Source: an uncultured delta proteobacterium (lineage in GTDB: Bacteria; Desulfobacterota; Binatia; UBA9968). Taken from it: 64,000 bases of DNA. Below the pieces are notes generated by a model. The model worked only from the letters and a program-made list of their open reading frames with translations, searched no databases and was not told where the DNA came from. A program made the translations under genes and the position numbers. Every line of letters begins with the position of its first letter. Positions within the stretch are counted from its first letter, which is position 1. Location of the stretch: assembly GCA_963745035.1 (NCBI GenBank), contig CAVUVW010000027.1:224001-288000 (forward strand). The letters run 5' to 3'. Positions 28,625 through 39,164 of the stretch are shown here, piece after piece.

Positions 28625-29668
28625 CTAGAATCCATACTTCTCTTGCGCGCCTAAGGCGATGCTCAACGGATTTTTCAACTCGGGGCGGCGGCTTACTTCC
28701 TGGTAGGCGGTTTTCACCGCGTCATCCCGAACGATATCCTTGACTGACATCGCTCGGGAAAGCTTGCCGGACTTGACCATCTCGTCAGCGATTCTTTGCA
28801 CTGCTTCGGTGGTAATGCCGCCATCGATCGGTATGGCCCAGCTCTCGACACGATCGGGCCCAGTCACGATCGCCACGACGCCGCGCTCGTCCTCGTTGTG
28901 CGTGTTGGTCTTTCTTAGCTTCCTTTCGAGATCGCGCAGGTACTCGAAGTTTTTCACGTCGCGCATGAACCAGAAGGCACGAATGATCGCGCGAAAGTAG
29001 GCGCGCAGCTCGTCCGCGCGCTTCTCGATCGTCTGTCCCGTCGCGACGGTGAGCTTGCCCGGCCGGCGCGGAAAGACTTTATTGGGATCGAGAATCATCG
29101 GATAGCCTTCTTTCTCGAGCTGGTCGGAAAACGGCGGCTGTGAGGTAATCGCATCGACTTTGCCGGTGCGCAGCATCTCCATGTGCGCGGGGTTGTTGCG
29201 GTAGCCGAAGACCGGGTCGTAAATCCACTGGACTTCGTTTTCCGGATCGACGCCGGCGTCGCGGAGAGCATCGGTGATGAACACCTGAACCAATCCCTCC
29301 TTCTCCCGCATGCCGATGCGCCCGCCGCGAAGCTTGCTCATGTCGCTGAGGTGCTTGGCACCATACCAGCGCAGGAAGGGCGTATAGCGCCAGCCGCCGA
29401 CGATGTAAATATCGGCGTCGAGGGAGCGCTGGTAGATCGCCGCTTCGACATCGACCGCGGTGGCGATGTCCACACCGTGATTGGTGATCGCCATGGCGAG
29501 CCCGTCGCGCTCGAGCGGACCGGGAATCAAACCGCGCGCGTCGTATTCGTATTCCTTGAGACCTTCTTCACGGAAAAAGCCCTGCTCCTCGGCGACGAAG
29601 ATGGCGACCTGGTGGCCGACGTGATAGTTGCTGTTGGCGATCAACAGCGGTTGATCGAGTGTGCTCAT
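28625..29668 (-). CDS. NMT1-like PBP-fold protein without signal peptide (NYHVGH type), copy 2
   Basis: MSTLDQPLLIANSNYHVGH; long identical blocks with 24145-25194. Confidence 0.8.
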   Translation of the reverse strand: MSTLDQPLLIANSNYHVGHQVAIFVAEEQGFFREEGLKEYEYDARGLIPGPLERDGLAMAITNHGVDIATAVDVEAAIYQRSLDADIYIVGGWRYTPFLRWYGAKHLSDMSKLRGGRIGMREKEGLVQVFITDALRDAGVDPENEVQWIYDPVFGYRNNPAHMEMLRTGKVDAITSQPPFSDQLEKEGYPMILDPNKVFPRRPGKLTVATGQTIEKRADELRAYFRAIIRAFWFMRDVKNFEYLRDLERKLRKTNTHNEDERGVVAIVTGPDRVESWAIPIDGGITTEAVQRIADEMVKSGKLSRAMSVKDIVRDDAVKTAYQEVSRRPELKNPLSIALGAQEKYGF

Positions 29669-29682
29669 GAATGTCCTCTCGC

Positions 29683-29757
29683 TGGAGTTGTTGGAGTGAT
29701 GGAGTAATGGAGCGCTGCTCGCGTCAATATTTCAGTACTCCAATACTCCATTCCTCT
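29683..29757. repeat. Inverted 8-bp repeat arrays (GGAGTrnT / ACTCCAnT)
   Basis: ggagtgatggagtaatggag...tactccaatactccatt; same family at 58677-58765. Confidence 0.75.
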
Positions 29758-29764
29758 AGCAGTG

Positions 29765-30715
29765 TCATGTGCCAGGCGTGAAAAGTTCGTCGATCTCGAG
29801 ACGGCGCTCGGTGAGTCGTTGCTCGAAGGCGTAATCGAGGAGCGTTTCCAGAGCTGTGCGATTTCCTTCCATCGTATACGGCCAGGGATCGGCTCCCAGC
29901 AAAGCTCGTTCTTCTTCCTGCTCGGCGCCGAACCATGCCAGCGATGACCGGCGGTGATCGGCCCAGTATCTATAGGCTTGCTGTTTGGAATCTTCGAAAA
30001 CTTGTACCAGGCGCGCTCCGATCTGGCTGTCGCGCCGAAGCACTTCATCCTTGACGACGACGAGATGGCGAATCGGAAAAATTCCCGTGCGGCGATAGTA
30101 GTCGACCTCCACTTCGCGGTAGTTGGGCCAGAGCCGGCGCACGACTTTGTTGATCGCGGCGACGTCGGTTCCGCTATCCGATAAGATCTGCGCGTCCAGT
30201 TCGCCTTGCTTCAGCAGGTCTTGCATTTTCCGACCCGCGGGCGTGCGCTCGATGCGCAGCCATGCGGGCGGCGACCAGCCGACAATTTCTTCAGCCCCGT
30301 CCGCAACCCAGTAGATCTCACTCGGCGGCAAATCGAATTCATGCTGCAGCAGGCCGCGAATCCAGAGCGCGATGGGATTGAAATGCCCATGAATGCCGAC
30401 GCGCCGGCCGCGCAGATCCTGTGGGCGAGAAATATCGGAGTCGAGCCGAACCATCACACAGCTATGATTGAAACGGCGATGAGGAAACACGGGGATCGCC
30501 GTGATCGGCGCGCCGCGGCTTTTCAGCCCGAGATACTGAGCCACCTGCAGCTCGCAAACATCGAATTCCCAATTTCGCACGAAGCGACTATGGCGTTCGG
30601 CGGAGGGTAGCGGAATGATCTTCAGCTCCAGACCAGGCGACGACACCGCACCGTCGATGAGCGGGCGCGTGCGGTCGTAGTCGCCGCAAGACAAGGTGAG
30701 TTTGAGCTCAGGCAT
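29765..30715 (-). CDS. 4,5-dihydroxyphthalate decarboxylase-like PBP-fold enzyme (PhtD/OphC family)
   Basis: CGDYDRTRPLIDG, AIPVFPHRRF, YYRRTGIFPIRH, DPWPY. Confidence 0.85.
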   Translation of the reverse strand: MPELKLTLSCGDYDRTRPLIDGAVSSPGLELKIIPLPSAERHSRFVRNWEFDVCELQVAQYLGLKSRGAPITAIPVFPHRRFNHSCVMVRLDSDISRPQDLRGRRVGIHGHFNPIALWIRGLLQHEFDLPPSEIYWVADGAEEIVGWSPPAWLRIERTPAGRKMQDLLKQGELDAQILSDSGTDVAAINKVVRRLWPNYREVEVDYYRRTGIFPIRHLVVVKDEVLRRDSQIGARLVQVFEDSKQQAYRYWADHRRSSLAWFGAEQEEERALLGADPWPYTMEGNRTALETLLDYAFEQRLTERRLEIDELFTPGT

Positions 30716-30833
30716 CAGATCGATGAGATTGTTCCTGCTTCGAGAGTTTCCGGTTACCTACATTGAAGTTGCTAAAATCGGCCGATATCTCCGAGGCAAG
30801 CACGATGATCTGCGTCAGCGCATCTTATTATGA

Positions 30834-31408
30834 CTACGCTCGCTTCAGCACCCCGGACGCCTTCGCGGCGTGGGTCGCGATCGCGTCCATCAACGCGGGA
30901 GACAAGCAGTCGTACGGCTCCAGCTTGAGTTCCTTCAGCCGCGCTCGGACCGCGCCCATGTCGGCGGGGTCGGCACCGGACTCGATAATCGAGGAGACGA
31001 AGGCGGCGAATTCCGGCGGGGCCCAGCCTTCCTGCGGCGATAGTTCGGTGTGGATAAAGTCGAATCCAAAGAATGGATGTTTTTCGTTCTCGATGCGGCC
31101 GTACATGTGCACGCCGCAACTTTGCAGGCATGACGTTTGATCACTGCGTTCGCATCCACGACGGAGAGCTTATCCCCGTTGGCAGTCACGCGGAGCTTAT
31201 CGCGCGGCACCACGGCGACTTGAGAGAAGAGGGCGTCCGCCGGCTTCCAGCACTTGGTGCAACCGCAGACGTGGTTGTGCGCGCACTGGCTGTCAATCGC
31301 GATCGAGACCTTCCTGTCGGCGCAGCGGCACTGCAGCGTGCCGCCGGCGAAATTCGCCGCCGCTGGTTTGACGCCGCCGTCGACCTTCGGATGAATCGAA
31401 ATAGCCAT
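30834..31408 (-). CDS. gfa: S-(hydroxymethyl)glutathione synthase (glutathione-dependent formaldehyde-activating enzyme), frameshift near 31120
   Basis: [47 protein letters not shown]. Confidence 0.92.
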
Positions 31409-31552
31409 GGTTTATTCCTCCTTCTGCGTACTGGTTAGGAGAAGCAGTACGCGATTGAACATCCTATATGCGATTCTACTAGTCAATAACGAATTGCGCT
31501 TCATATTGACGAAAACAACAGGCGGGTAGTAGAAGAATGCTAGGAGAGCGGA

Positions 31553-32599
31553 ATGAAGCGATCTTTTCCTGTGATCGATGCCGACGGCCATGTGCTCGAG
31601 CGCGATCGCGAGCTGCGGCAATTTATGCCGCCGCAATTTCGCGCCGTGGAGGGGAAACGCGAATATCCGCTCTTTTCGTGGGATGGTTGGGCGCGCGGAG
31701 CCTTGTCGCCGAAGCAGCGGGAGCACCCCAGCGTCGAGCTTTGGCTGCGCTTTCTCGACGCTACCGAGATCGCCATGACCGTGCTTTATCCCAACGAAGG
31801 ATTGAACATCGGTCTGCAGCGCGACGGTGACTGGGGCGTCGCTTTGGCGCGCGCGTACAACGACTGGCTGCATCACGATTTCCTGCGCGCAAGCCCGCGC
31901 TTCAAAGGCGTCGCGTTGCTCGCGCCGCAGGAGCCGAACGAGGCAGCGAAGGAATTGGAGCGCGCTGTTCGTGAACTAGGCATGGTCGCGGGCATGTTGC
32001 CGGCAGTGATGAGCCCGATGCGCGGCCTCGGCTTGCCGGAGTTCGATCCGATCTATCAAACGGCCGAGCGGCTTGGAGTTCCCATCGCCGTGCACAGCGG
32101 GCCGGCAGTGGAGTTGGGGTTGGATCACATAAAATCTTTCGCGGGCGTCTATCCGCTGAGCCATCCCTTCGCTCAGATGCAGCAGCTCACGAGTATGATG
32201 ATTCACGGCGTGTTTGAACGGTTCCCCCGGCTGCGCGTAGCGTATCTCGAAGCGGGCTGCGGTTGGGTGCCGTATCTGGCGGACCGTTTGGATGAGAGCT
32301 GGGAGCACCGGATCAAGCGCTGGCCGCACCCGACGAAGAAGTCCCCGAGCGAAATCATGCGTGGCGGGAAGCTCTATTACTCGTGCGAGCGCGAAGAAAA
32401 AACATTGGCGACGGTGGCCGAATTGATCGGAGCGGAGCAAATCCTATGGGCATCCGATTTTCCCCACGAGCGGCCGTGGGAGGAGTTCAGCGGCGACATC
32501 GATACTTTGATCAACCGCAAGGACTTGCCGGAATTGCTCAGCCGGAAAATCTTGTGCGAGAACCCACAAAGGCTTTACAACCTAAAGATGAACCTTTGA
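31553..32599 (+). CDS. Amidohydrolase_2 family protein
   Basis: DADGH, VLYP, AYNDW, AVH, YLEAGCGW, ASDFPHE. Confidence 0.88.
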   Translation: MKRSFPVIDADGHVLERDRELRQFMPPQFRAVEGKREYPLFSWDGWARGALSPKQREHPSVELWLRFLDATEIAMTVLYPNEGLNIGLQRDGDWGVALARAYNDWLHHDFLRASPRFKGVALLAPQEPNEAAKELERAVRELGMVAGMLPAVMSPMRGLGLPEFDPIYQTAERLGVPIAVHSGPAVELGLDHIKSFAGVYPLSHPFAQMQQLTSMMIHGVFERFPRLRVAYLEAGCGWVPYLADRLDESWEHRIKRWPHPTKKSPSEIMRGGKLYYSCEREEKTLATVAELIGAEQILWASDFPHERPWEEFSGDIDTLINRKDLPELLSRKILCENPQRLYNLKMNL

Positions 32600-32616
32600 A
32601 CGGATAGTGACTCAGG

Positions 32617-33535
32617 ATGCGTATTTTGATCACCGGTGCCGGCTTGATCGGCACGCACACGGCCAAAGAATTAACGGAGCGCGGCGATGAAGTCACGTTT
32701 TTCGATTTCGCGCCCAAACCGGATTACATTCGCCGCGTGACGGGCCGGGACTTGAGTGCGATTCGCGCGCGACATTCGCGATCTGGCCGCGCTTGTGGAC
32801 GCATTTCATCGCGTCCGTCCCGAGTGCGTGATTCACCTGGCGGCTTCCGTGGGCGAAGCCAATATCGACAACGTTTATACCGGCTTTCAAGTCAACCTGG
32901 TGGCGACGATCAATGTCGCCGAGGCCGCGCGGCTTGCGGGCGTGCGCCGCATCGTTCACGCCAGCACCCAGGCGCTTTACCGCGGCGAGGATCCGAATGA
33001 GCTTCTCCATGAAGATTCGCCGCTCGATAGCAGGGGACGGGTCTACAACGCCGCCAAGCTTGGCTGCGAGCATGTGCTAAGAACCTATGCCGCGAGACAC
33101 GGGGTTGAGTTGGCGCTACTGCGGTTCGCCGGAGTGTACGGATATCATTCCGTTGCCGGCGGGCCGGGTGTTGCGGTCCAACAAGCCGTCTGGGCGGCGA
33201 TGGCGGGCAAGCCGGTGGAGCTCAACGTTTACGAAAGCGTTGATTTCGTTTACGCCAAGGATCTTGCCAACGGCATTGCCCTTGCCGCGCATGCAACGCC
33301 GCTCAAGCATCAGGTTTACAATCTCGGCAGCGGCATGCTCACGACGGTCGGCAACGTCGAGGCGGCACTGAGGAGAATCTTTCCGGACGCGAAAATGACC
33401 CGAGGAAAACTCACTCCCGCCCGGCCGCGCATGGACATCACGCGCGCGCGGGCGGAGTTGGGATACAACCCGGAGTACAAACTAGAAGCCGGCTTGCGCG
33501 ACTACATCGCGGAGTTGCAGAAGCAACCGCTCTAA
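32617..33535 (+). CDS. NAD-dependent epimerase/dehydratase (extended SDR), frameshift near 32770
   Basis: [29 protein letters not shown]. Confidence 0.88.
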
Positions 33536-33624
33536 AAGGATGTAGCGCATTATGGGTCTAGCGAATGGAACGCAACCGGCTTGCGTAGCCGGGCACAGTC
33601 AATTCGTTGAATGTACTGAGACGA

Positions 33625-34552
33625 TCATTTCTGAGTCCGCCGCTGGCGATACAGTTCCACGAGCTTTCGCCTAACCAGTTCTTCGCCTCCCGGAAGCAGA
33701 TCAAATTTCGTGATGTTGTCGGTTTTTCGTAGGATTTCCTTCCCTTCTTTGTCTTGATCCATGCGGAGAAGAACGTCTTTGAGCCGCTTTACCGTGGATT
33801 CGGGCAAGTCCTTGCGCACGGATACAAGATGGCGCGGCACCGGTTCGCTTTCACCGAGAGTAGAAATCTCCGCTCTATTCTTATCCTCGAGCGCACTATA
33901 ATCGTCGGTGCTAAAAGCTCCCGCCGCCACTTTTTGTTGCGTAACGAGATTGAAAATGTCTTTGGCGCTCTTGGCAAAGATGTAGCCGATTTCGTTCTTC
34001 GGGACCTTGCTTCCGAGGTCTGCCTTTTGCTCGACGGAAAAGCCCTTCTTGAGCAGAAAGAGCTTGGGCAGAAAATAGCCGGAGGTTGAACCGGGGTCTT
34101 CAAAGGCAATGATTTTGCCCTGCAGATCTTTGAACTCCGTGATGCCGCTCTCTTTCTTCGTAAATAGGAGACTTCGGTAGTCCGCCATTCCGCCTTTCCA
34201 GGATCTTAGCAGGAGCTTCGCGGCGCCCAGCCGATTGATCAGATAGGTGGGATAGGGACTCTCCATGTAGAAATCCACGTGCTTCTCTTCGAGCAGTTTG
34301 ATCATCTGCCCGGCGCTCGGCGCGACGACTACCGCTCCTTTGGTTTGATGCGTTGCAGAGAGTTCACGGGCTGCATATTCCACCAGTGGGCGAAAGTGTT
34401 GCTCCAGCGGTTCGCGCGGCCCCTGAAAGACAACGCCCAATGCGAGACGTTTGACTACCTGGCGGTTGCGCTTGCGCATGGCAGTCAACAAATAGGACAA
34501 AGACCGAGGCGGAAACTAGCGCCACAACAAGGTCGTGCGACCATTTTTTCAT
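33625..34552 (-). CDS. PhnD-like phosphate/phosphite/phosphonate-binding protein (frameshift after signal peptide)
   Basis: AFEDPGSTSGYFLP; signal peptide MKKWSHDLVVALVSASVFVLF in ORF 34364..34552. Confidence 0.82.
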
Positions 34553-34618
34553 CCTTTCACCTCAAACTTTCCGCCTTTGCGAGGCAGAGATCTCACTAGG
34601 GAGCAAGCCACGAGGCTG

Positions 34619-34648
34619 AGCTTAGACAACATGAACTTCCGCTGTCAA
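34619..34648 (-). promoter_or_regulatory. Putative sigma70 promoter of the PhnD-like gene
   Basis: Minus-strand TTGACA-N18-TAAGCT. Confidence 0.4.
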
Positions 34649-34843
34649 ACTACAGTCCCAGTGCGCGCACCTCAATCATCAGCTGCGTGCCATGGTGCAT
34701 CTCTGATGAGTCTGTCAAACTGGAAAGTCCAACTCCGGAGTCGGTGGAAGCGGCCATGTTGACGAACCCAACAGGCGAATAGTAGTAAGGACGAAAACCA
34801 TCGTCATGTTCGGCACATTTATTTAAACGACCGAGGAACGCTT

Positions 34844-35813
34844 ATGAAGATCGCAGTAATTGACGATTATCAAGATGCTTTTAAGACGTTGAGGTGTTTT
34901 CCCAAATTGAGCGGCCACGAGGTCGTGGTTTACACCGACACGGAAACGGATGTCGGCAAGCTCGCCGAGCGGCTGAAAGACGCCGACGCCGTGGTTCTCA
35001 CCCAGCAACGATCGAATTTCCCGCGCGCGCTCATCGAAAAGCTGCCGAAGCTGAAGCTCATCGGGCAAACCGGACGGGCTGCGACTCATGTCGATCTGGC
35101 AGCTTGCACGGAGAGGGGCATCGTCGTATCGGCCGGCGGCGCGGGCAGCCCGAATCCGACCGCGGAGCTGACCTGGGGATTGATTCTCAGCGCGCTCAGA
35201 AATCTGCCCTACGAGGTCAGGCAATTGCAGCAGGGTCGGTGGCAATCGACCTTGGGCACGAGCGTAAAGGGCAAGACTCTGGGCATTTATGCATTCGGCA
35301 AGATTGGCAGCATCGTTGCCGGCGTCGGCAAGGCGTTCGGCGCGCGGGTAGTGTGCTGGGGACGGGAGGGTTCCACGGGCCGCGCCAAGGCGGCCGGCTT
35401 TGAAGTAGCGAAGAGCCGGGAGGAATTTTTCGCCGAAGCCGATATTCTGAGCCTCCACCTGCCGCTCAACAAGGAAACGCGCGGGATCGTCACGCGCGAG
35501 GATCTGGCGCGCATGAAACCGACGGCGCTGATCGTCAACGCGAGCCGCGCAGGCTTGATCGCCGACGGCGCGTTGGTCGACGCGCTCAAAGCCGGACGGC
35601 CGGGCGGCGCGGCAGTGGACGTCTATGAGAAGGAGCCTCGTCGCCGATCATCCGTTGCTCAAGATGGACAACGTGACCTGCACGCCGCATCTGGGATACG
35701 TCACGCGGGAAACCTACGAGGACTATTACGCCGTGGTAGTGGACGATATCGTCAGCTTCGCCGCCGGCAAGCCGAGCAACGTGCTGAATTCGGAAGCACT
35801 CGGCAAGAAATAA
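34844..35813 (+). CDS. D-2-hydroxyacid dehydrogenase (frameshift near 35638)
   Basis: IAVIDDYQ, TAELTWGLI, AFGKIG, VNASRA, AVDVYEKEP; tail TPHLGYVT ends at TAA 35813. Confidence 0.9.
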
Positions 35814-35830
35814 AAACTGCAGCGGCGACC

Positions 35831-36505
35831 ATGCGTATTCTCGTCGTAGAGGACGACAAAAAGATTGCTTCCTTCGTTGCCAACGGGTTGAGGGAAGCAG
35901 GATTTGTCGTCGATCACAGCGACAACGGCTTCGCCGGCCTCCAACACGCCCTGCGCCAGCCTTATGACGCCGCGGTGGTCGACGTGATGCTGCCCAAGCT
36001 CGACGGTCTGAGCTTGATCGAGCGATTGCGCGACGAGAAAATTCTCACGCCGGTATTGATCTTGAGCGCGAAGCGTTCCGTCGACGACCGGGTACGGGGG
36101 CTTCAGACGGGCGGCGATGATTACTTGACGAAACCCTTCTCATTCAGTGAACTCCTGGCACGGGTGCAGGCGCTAATTCGCAGAGCAGGCCGCGAACCGG
36201 AGCCCACTTGGTTGGAGGTCGGCGACCTTACCATGAACCTATTGACGCGTGAAGTTAGGCGCGCCGGAAAAAAGCTCAATCTGCAACCCCGCGAGTTCGC
36301 CCTGTTGCAGTATCTGTTGCGCAATCCCAACCAGGTAGTTTCCAAGACCATGATCATCGAGCATGTGTGGGGCTACGATTTCGATCCTTTAACCAACATC
36401 GTCGATGTGCTGGTCTCCCGGCTACGCAATAAAGTGGACCGAGATTTCGAAGGGAAGTTGATCCGTACGCACCGCGGAGTAGGTTATGCGCTTCAAATAT
36501 CTTGA
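35831..36505 (+). CDS. OmpR-family response regulator (CusR/CzcR-like)
   Basis: MRILVVEDD, DVMLP, DDYLTKPF, LRNKVD, RGVGY. Confidence 0.93.
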   Translation: MRILVVEDDKKIASFVANGLREAGFVVDHSDNGFAGLQHALRQPYDAAVVDVMLPKLDGLSLIERLRDEKILTPVLILSAKRSVDDRVRGLQTGGDDYLTKPFSFSELLARVQALIRRAGREPEPTWLEVGDLTMNLLTREVRRAGKKLNLQPREFALLQYLLRNPNQVVSKTMIIEHVWGYDFDPLTNIVDVLVSRLRNKVDRDFEGKLIRTHRGVGYALQIS

Positions 36506-37886
36506 GCGCTTTCAAAAAACCCTCGCCTTCCGGCTCACGTTTTGGTACTCGGCGATCTTTATTCTCGGCTTTTTGTTCCTTGCGGTAGTTTCTTACTTGT
36601 TCGTGTTCGCCTCGCTCCGCGACAACCGGCCGGCGATCCGAGCGGCTCTTGCTCAATACACCACGTTGGCGGAACGGGGTGGCGTCCAGGCCATCGAAAA
36701 CGCTGTGCGTGAGCAGGCAAAGCCGAGCCGCCGAACCTCATTTTTCGTGCGCGTCGTAGACGCCGACAACAAAACGATATTCTTGAGTAATCCGCGTTTA
36801 TGGGCGAGTTTCGATCTAACCCGACCGCAGGATCAACTGGTCGAAGGTCAATGGCATTACTACACGTCCAGACGCGACGGTGATTTGTTGGAAGTGGTGT
36901 CGGCGCGCCTGCGAGACCGAAGTTTGTTGCAGGTTGGTAAAGGCATTCGGGAGCGAAACGATGTTCTCGAGCATTTTCGCGATGCTCTGCTCGCCACGAC
37001 GATACCAATGGTTCTCATCGGCTTCAGCGGAGGAGCGTTTTTGGCGTTTCGCGCCCTCAGGCCGATTCGCAACATCAGCGTTGCCGCGAGATCGATCGTC
37101 AATACCGCGCGCTTCGACACGCGCGTCCCCGAGACGCACGGCAGCGACGAGTTGAACGAGCTGGTGCGGCTTTTCAACCAGATGCTGGCGAAAATCGAAA
37201 TGTTAATTCACGGCATGGCGCAGTCGCTAGATAACGTTGCCCATGACTTGCGCACGCCGGTCACGCGCTTCAGAGGAATGGCGGAACAGGCGCTGCGGTC
37301 CGGCGCCAGCCCCGAAGCTTTGCGCGAGGCCTTGGCCGATTGCCTGGAAGAGTCCGAGCGGGTTATGTCGATGCTCAACACGCTCATGGACGTTTCCGAG
37401 GCCGAAACTGGCACGATGAGGCTGTCGCCGGAGGATATCGATGTAACGACGCTGGTTGCCGAAGTCGCCGAGCTCTATCACGACACCGCCGAAGACAAGG
37501 GAATCGAGATTTCAACCCATACACCGGAGAAGATCGATTTGCGCGCCGATCGTTCAAGACTGCGCCAAGTGCTTGCGAACCTTGTCGACAACGCCGTCAA
37601 ATACACTTCGCCGGGCGGGCGCGTCGAGATCGAGACATTCCAAGATGGCCAATCCGTCGTTCTGCTCGTCAAAGACAATGGCAGCGGCATACCCCCTGAA
37701 GAAATTCCTCAGATCTGGGATCGCCTTTACCGCGGCGACAGGAGCCGTTCGCAGCGGGGGCTCGGCCTGGGACTAAGTGTGGTAAAGGCCGTAGTCGAGG
37801 CACATCGCGGCCGCGTTGAAGCTTCGAGCGATCCCCGCGGCGGTTCCGTCTTCTCAGTCTACCTGCCATCCTCGCAGGCCGGCTAA
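36486..37886 (+). CDS. HAMP-domain sensor histidine kinase
   Basis: Two TM segments, HAMP, AHDLRTP, NLVDNAVKY, DNGSG, GLGLGL. Confidence 0.93.
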   Translation: MRFKYLERFQKTLAFRLTFWYSAIFILGFLFLAVVSYLFVFASLRDNRPAIRAALAQYTTLAERGGVQAIENAVREQAKPSRRTSFFVRVVDADNKTIFLSNPRLWASFDLTRPQDQLVEGQWHYYTSRRDGDLLEVVSARLRDRSLLQVGKGIRERNDVLEHFRDALLATTIPMVLIGFSGGAFLAFRALRPIRNISVAARSIVNTARFDTRVPETHGSDELNELVRLFNQMLAKIEMLIHGMAQSLDNVAHDLRTPVTRFRGMAEQALRSGASPEALREALADCLEESERVMSMLNTLMDVSEAETGTMRLSPEDIDVTTLVAEVAELYHDTAEDKGIEISTHTPEKIDLRADRSRLRQVLANLVDNAVKYTSPGGRVEIETFQDGQSVVLLVKDNGSGIPPEEIPQIWDRLYRGDRSRSQRGLGLGLSVVKAVVEAHRGRVEASSDPRGGSVFSVYLPSSQAG

Positions 37887-37903
37887 TCAATACCTTTCAA
37901 AAC

Positions 37904-37931
37904 TGTAATCGCCCGGCAACTCCCCGGCAAT
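37904..37931 (+). promoter_or_regulatory. Putative OmpR-type direct-repeat binding site
   Basis: GTAAT (37905), GCAAC (37916), GCAAT (37927) at exact 11-bp spacing upstream of GT9. Confidence 0.4.
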
Positions 37932-37976
37932 GTTTCCTCGTTACTTCGCGACCCCCACGATGTAACACTGTTTCAT

Positions 37977-39164
37977 GTGCTTTTTTGCCCCGAGCTTCCG
38001 CCCGTGAGCAGGCGCGACCGGAAGACGGCTCTTCGCTATCGCTTAGATCGAGCCGTGCGCAATTTCGTTATGGCGCTGATGACGCGGCTTACACCCGACC
38101 TCCGCGACGAGAGGTTCGAACTCCAACCGCAAAAAATCCAGAAAATTCTCATCGTGCGCAGTGTGTTTCGCATGGGAGATGCCATCCTGGCGACACCGGC
38201 CATTTGGTTGTTCCGCAACAATTTCCCCGCAGCGCAAATCGATTTCGTCGGCCCACCAATATCCAGACGTCTCTTCGAAAATCTACCGATCGATAGTCAC
38301 TACGCGATCTGTAAAACCTTCCCACGCGCTGGCTGGTCTTACATCGCGCTTCTGAAGCAGCTTCGCGCCACAAGCTACGATCTGGCTTTTGACGCCAGCG
38401 GATCGAGCGCTGCGTTGGGCGCGTTCATCATCGGTTTTTCCGGCGCGCGGCTGCGCGTCGGATTGAGCGGAAGGTGGGACCGCTGGTTCAACGTTCGCCT
38501 CCAGCGGCCAGCGACATTGAACAAGTATTACACTGTTCCCGAACTGATCGGTTCCTTGGGATTGGAAAGCCGGAGAATATACCCGAAGCTGCTCTTGGCC
38601 CCAGCGGAGATCAAGGAGGGCAGAAGCCGAATTCAGAGTCTTGTGCGGCGCGCCGAGGCGCCGATCGTCGGCGTTTTCGTCGGGGGAAGAAAAGCGCGGG
38701 GAAAGCGCTGGCGCAAAGAAAATTTCGCCGAACTCGCCCGCCGGCTCGGTGGCGCGGGGACGCAACCGCTTATTTTCATCGGACCGGAAGAGCGAGACTG
38801 GCTTGCCTATTTTCAGAGAGAATCGGCTGGCGTTACGCCGACGATCTTCGAACCGGACGTGCGAAAATTCGCGTCGCTCGTCGCCAACTGCAATCTCTTC
38901 GTGGCCTGCGACGGCGGTCCGGTGCATCTCGCTTGCGCGCTTCGCGTTCGAACCGTAGCCATTTTTTTCGCATCGGATGCCAATCGGTGGGGGCCGCCTG
39001 CTCAGCTCGGACGCATCGTCAGCGGCGAGGATGCATCCGTGGACGCCGTTCTCGAGGCTTGCCGCGAGGAATTGCGCGAGTTTTCACAAAAGATCCGCTC
39101 GTTGGGCAGTCTTCCCGCGTGCTCCGACGATCCAAAAGACAAGCTGCGCCGAAGTTCATCATGA
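37977..39164 (+). CDS. Glycosyltransferase family 9 (LPS heptosyltransferase-like); start uncertain
   Basis: KILIVR, MGDAILATP, YDLAFD, KRW, DGGPVHLA. Confidence 0.85.
   Translation: MLFCPELPPVSRRDRKTALRYRLDRAVRNFVMALMTRLTPDLRDERFELQPQKIQKILIVRSVFRMGDAILATPAIWLFRNNFPAAQIDFVGPPISRRLFENLPIDSHYAICKTFPRAGWSYIALLKQLRATSYDLAFDASGSSAALGAFIIGFSGARLRVGLSGRWDRWFNVRLQRPATLNKYYTVPELIGSLGLESRRIYPKLLLAPAEIKEGRSRIQSLVRRAEAPIVGVFVGGRKARGKRWRKENFAELARRLGGAGTQPLIFIGPEERDWLAYFQRESAGVTPTIFEPDVRKFASLVANCNLFVACDGGPVHLACALRVRTVAIFFASDANRWGPPAQLGRIVSGEDASVDAVLEACREELREFSQKIRSLGSLPACSDDPKDKLRRSSS

Noticed and set aside
34642-34721. CTGTCAAACT direct repeat as a Pho box upstream of the PhnD-like gene
   Set aside because: Copies are 70 bp apart, not 11. 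Each is more simply a minus-strand TTGACA.
34690-34812. Hammerhead-like core CTGATGAG...GACGAAA
   Set aside because: Stems I and III cannot be formed convincingly, stem II would need an ~80-nt insert, and the region is explained by divergent promoters. An Infernal search against hammerhead models would settle it.
34844-36505. 553-aa apparent fusion of D-2-hydroxyacid dehydrogenase and response regulator
   Set aside because: Artefact of an indel near 35638. The dehydrogenase tail (TPHLGYVT) is in another frame ending at 35813, and the regulator has its own ATG at 35831.
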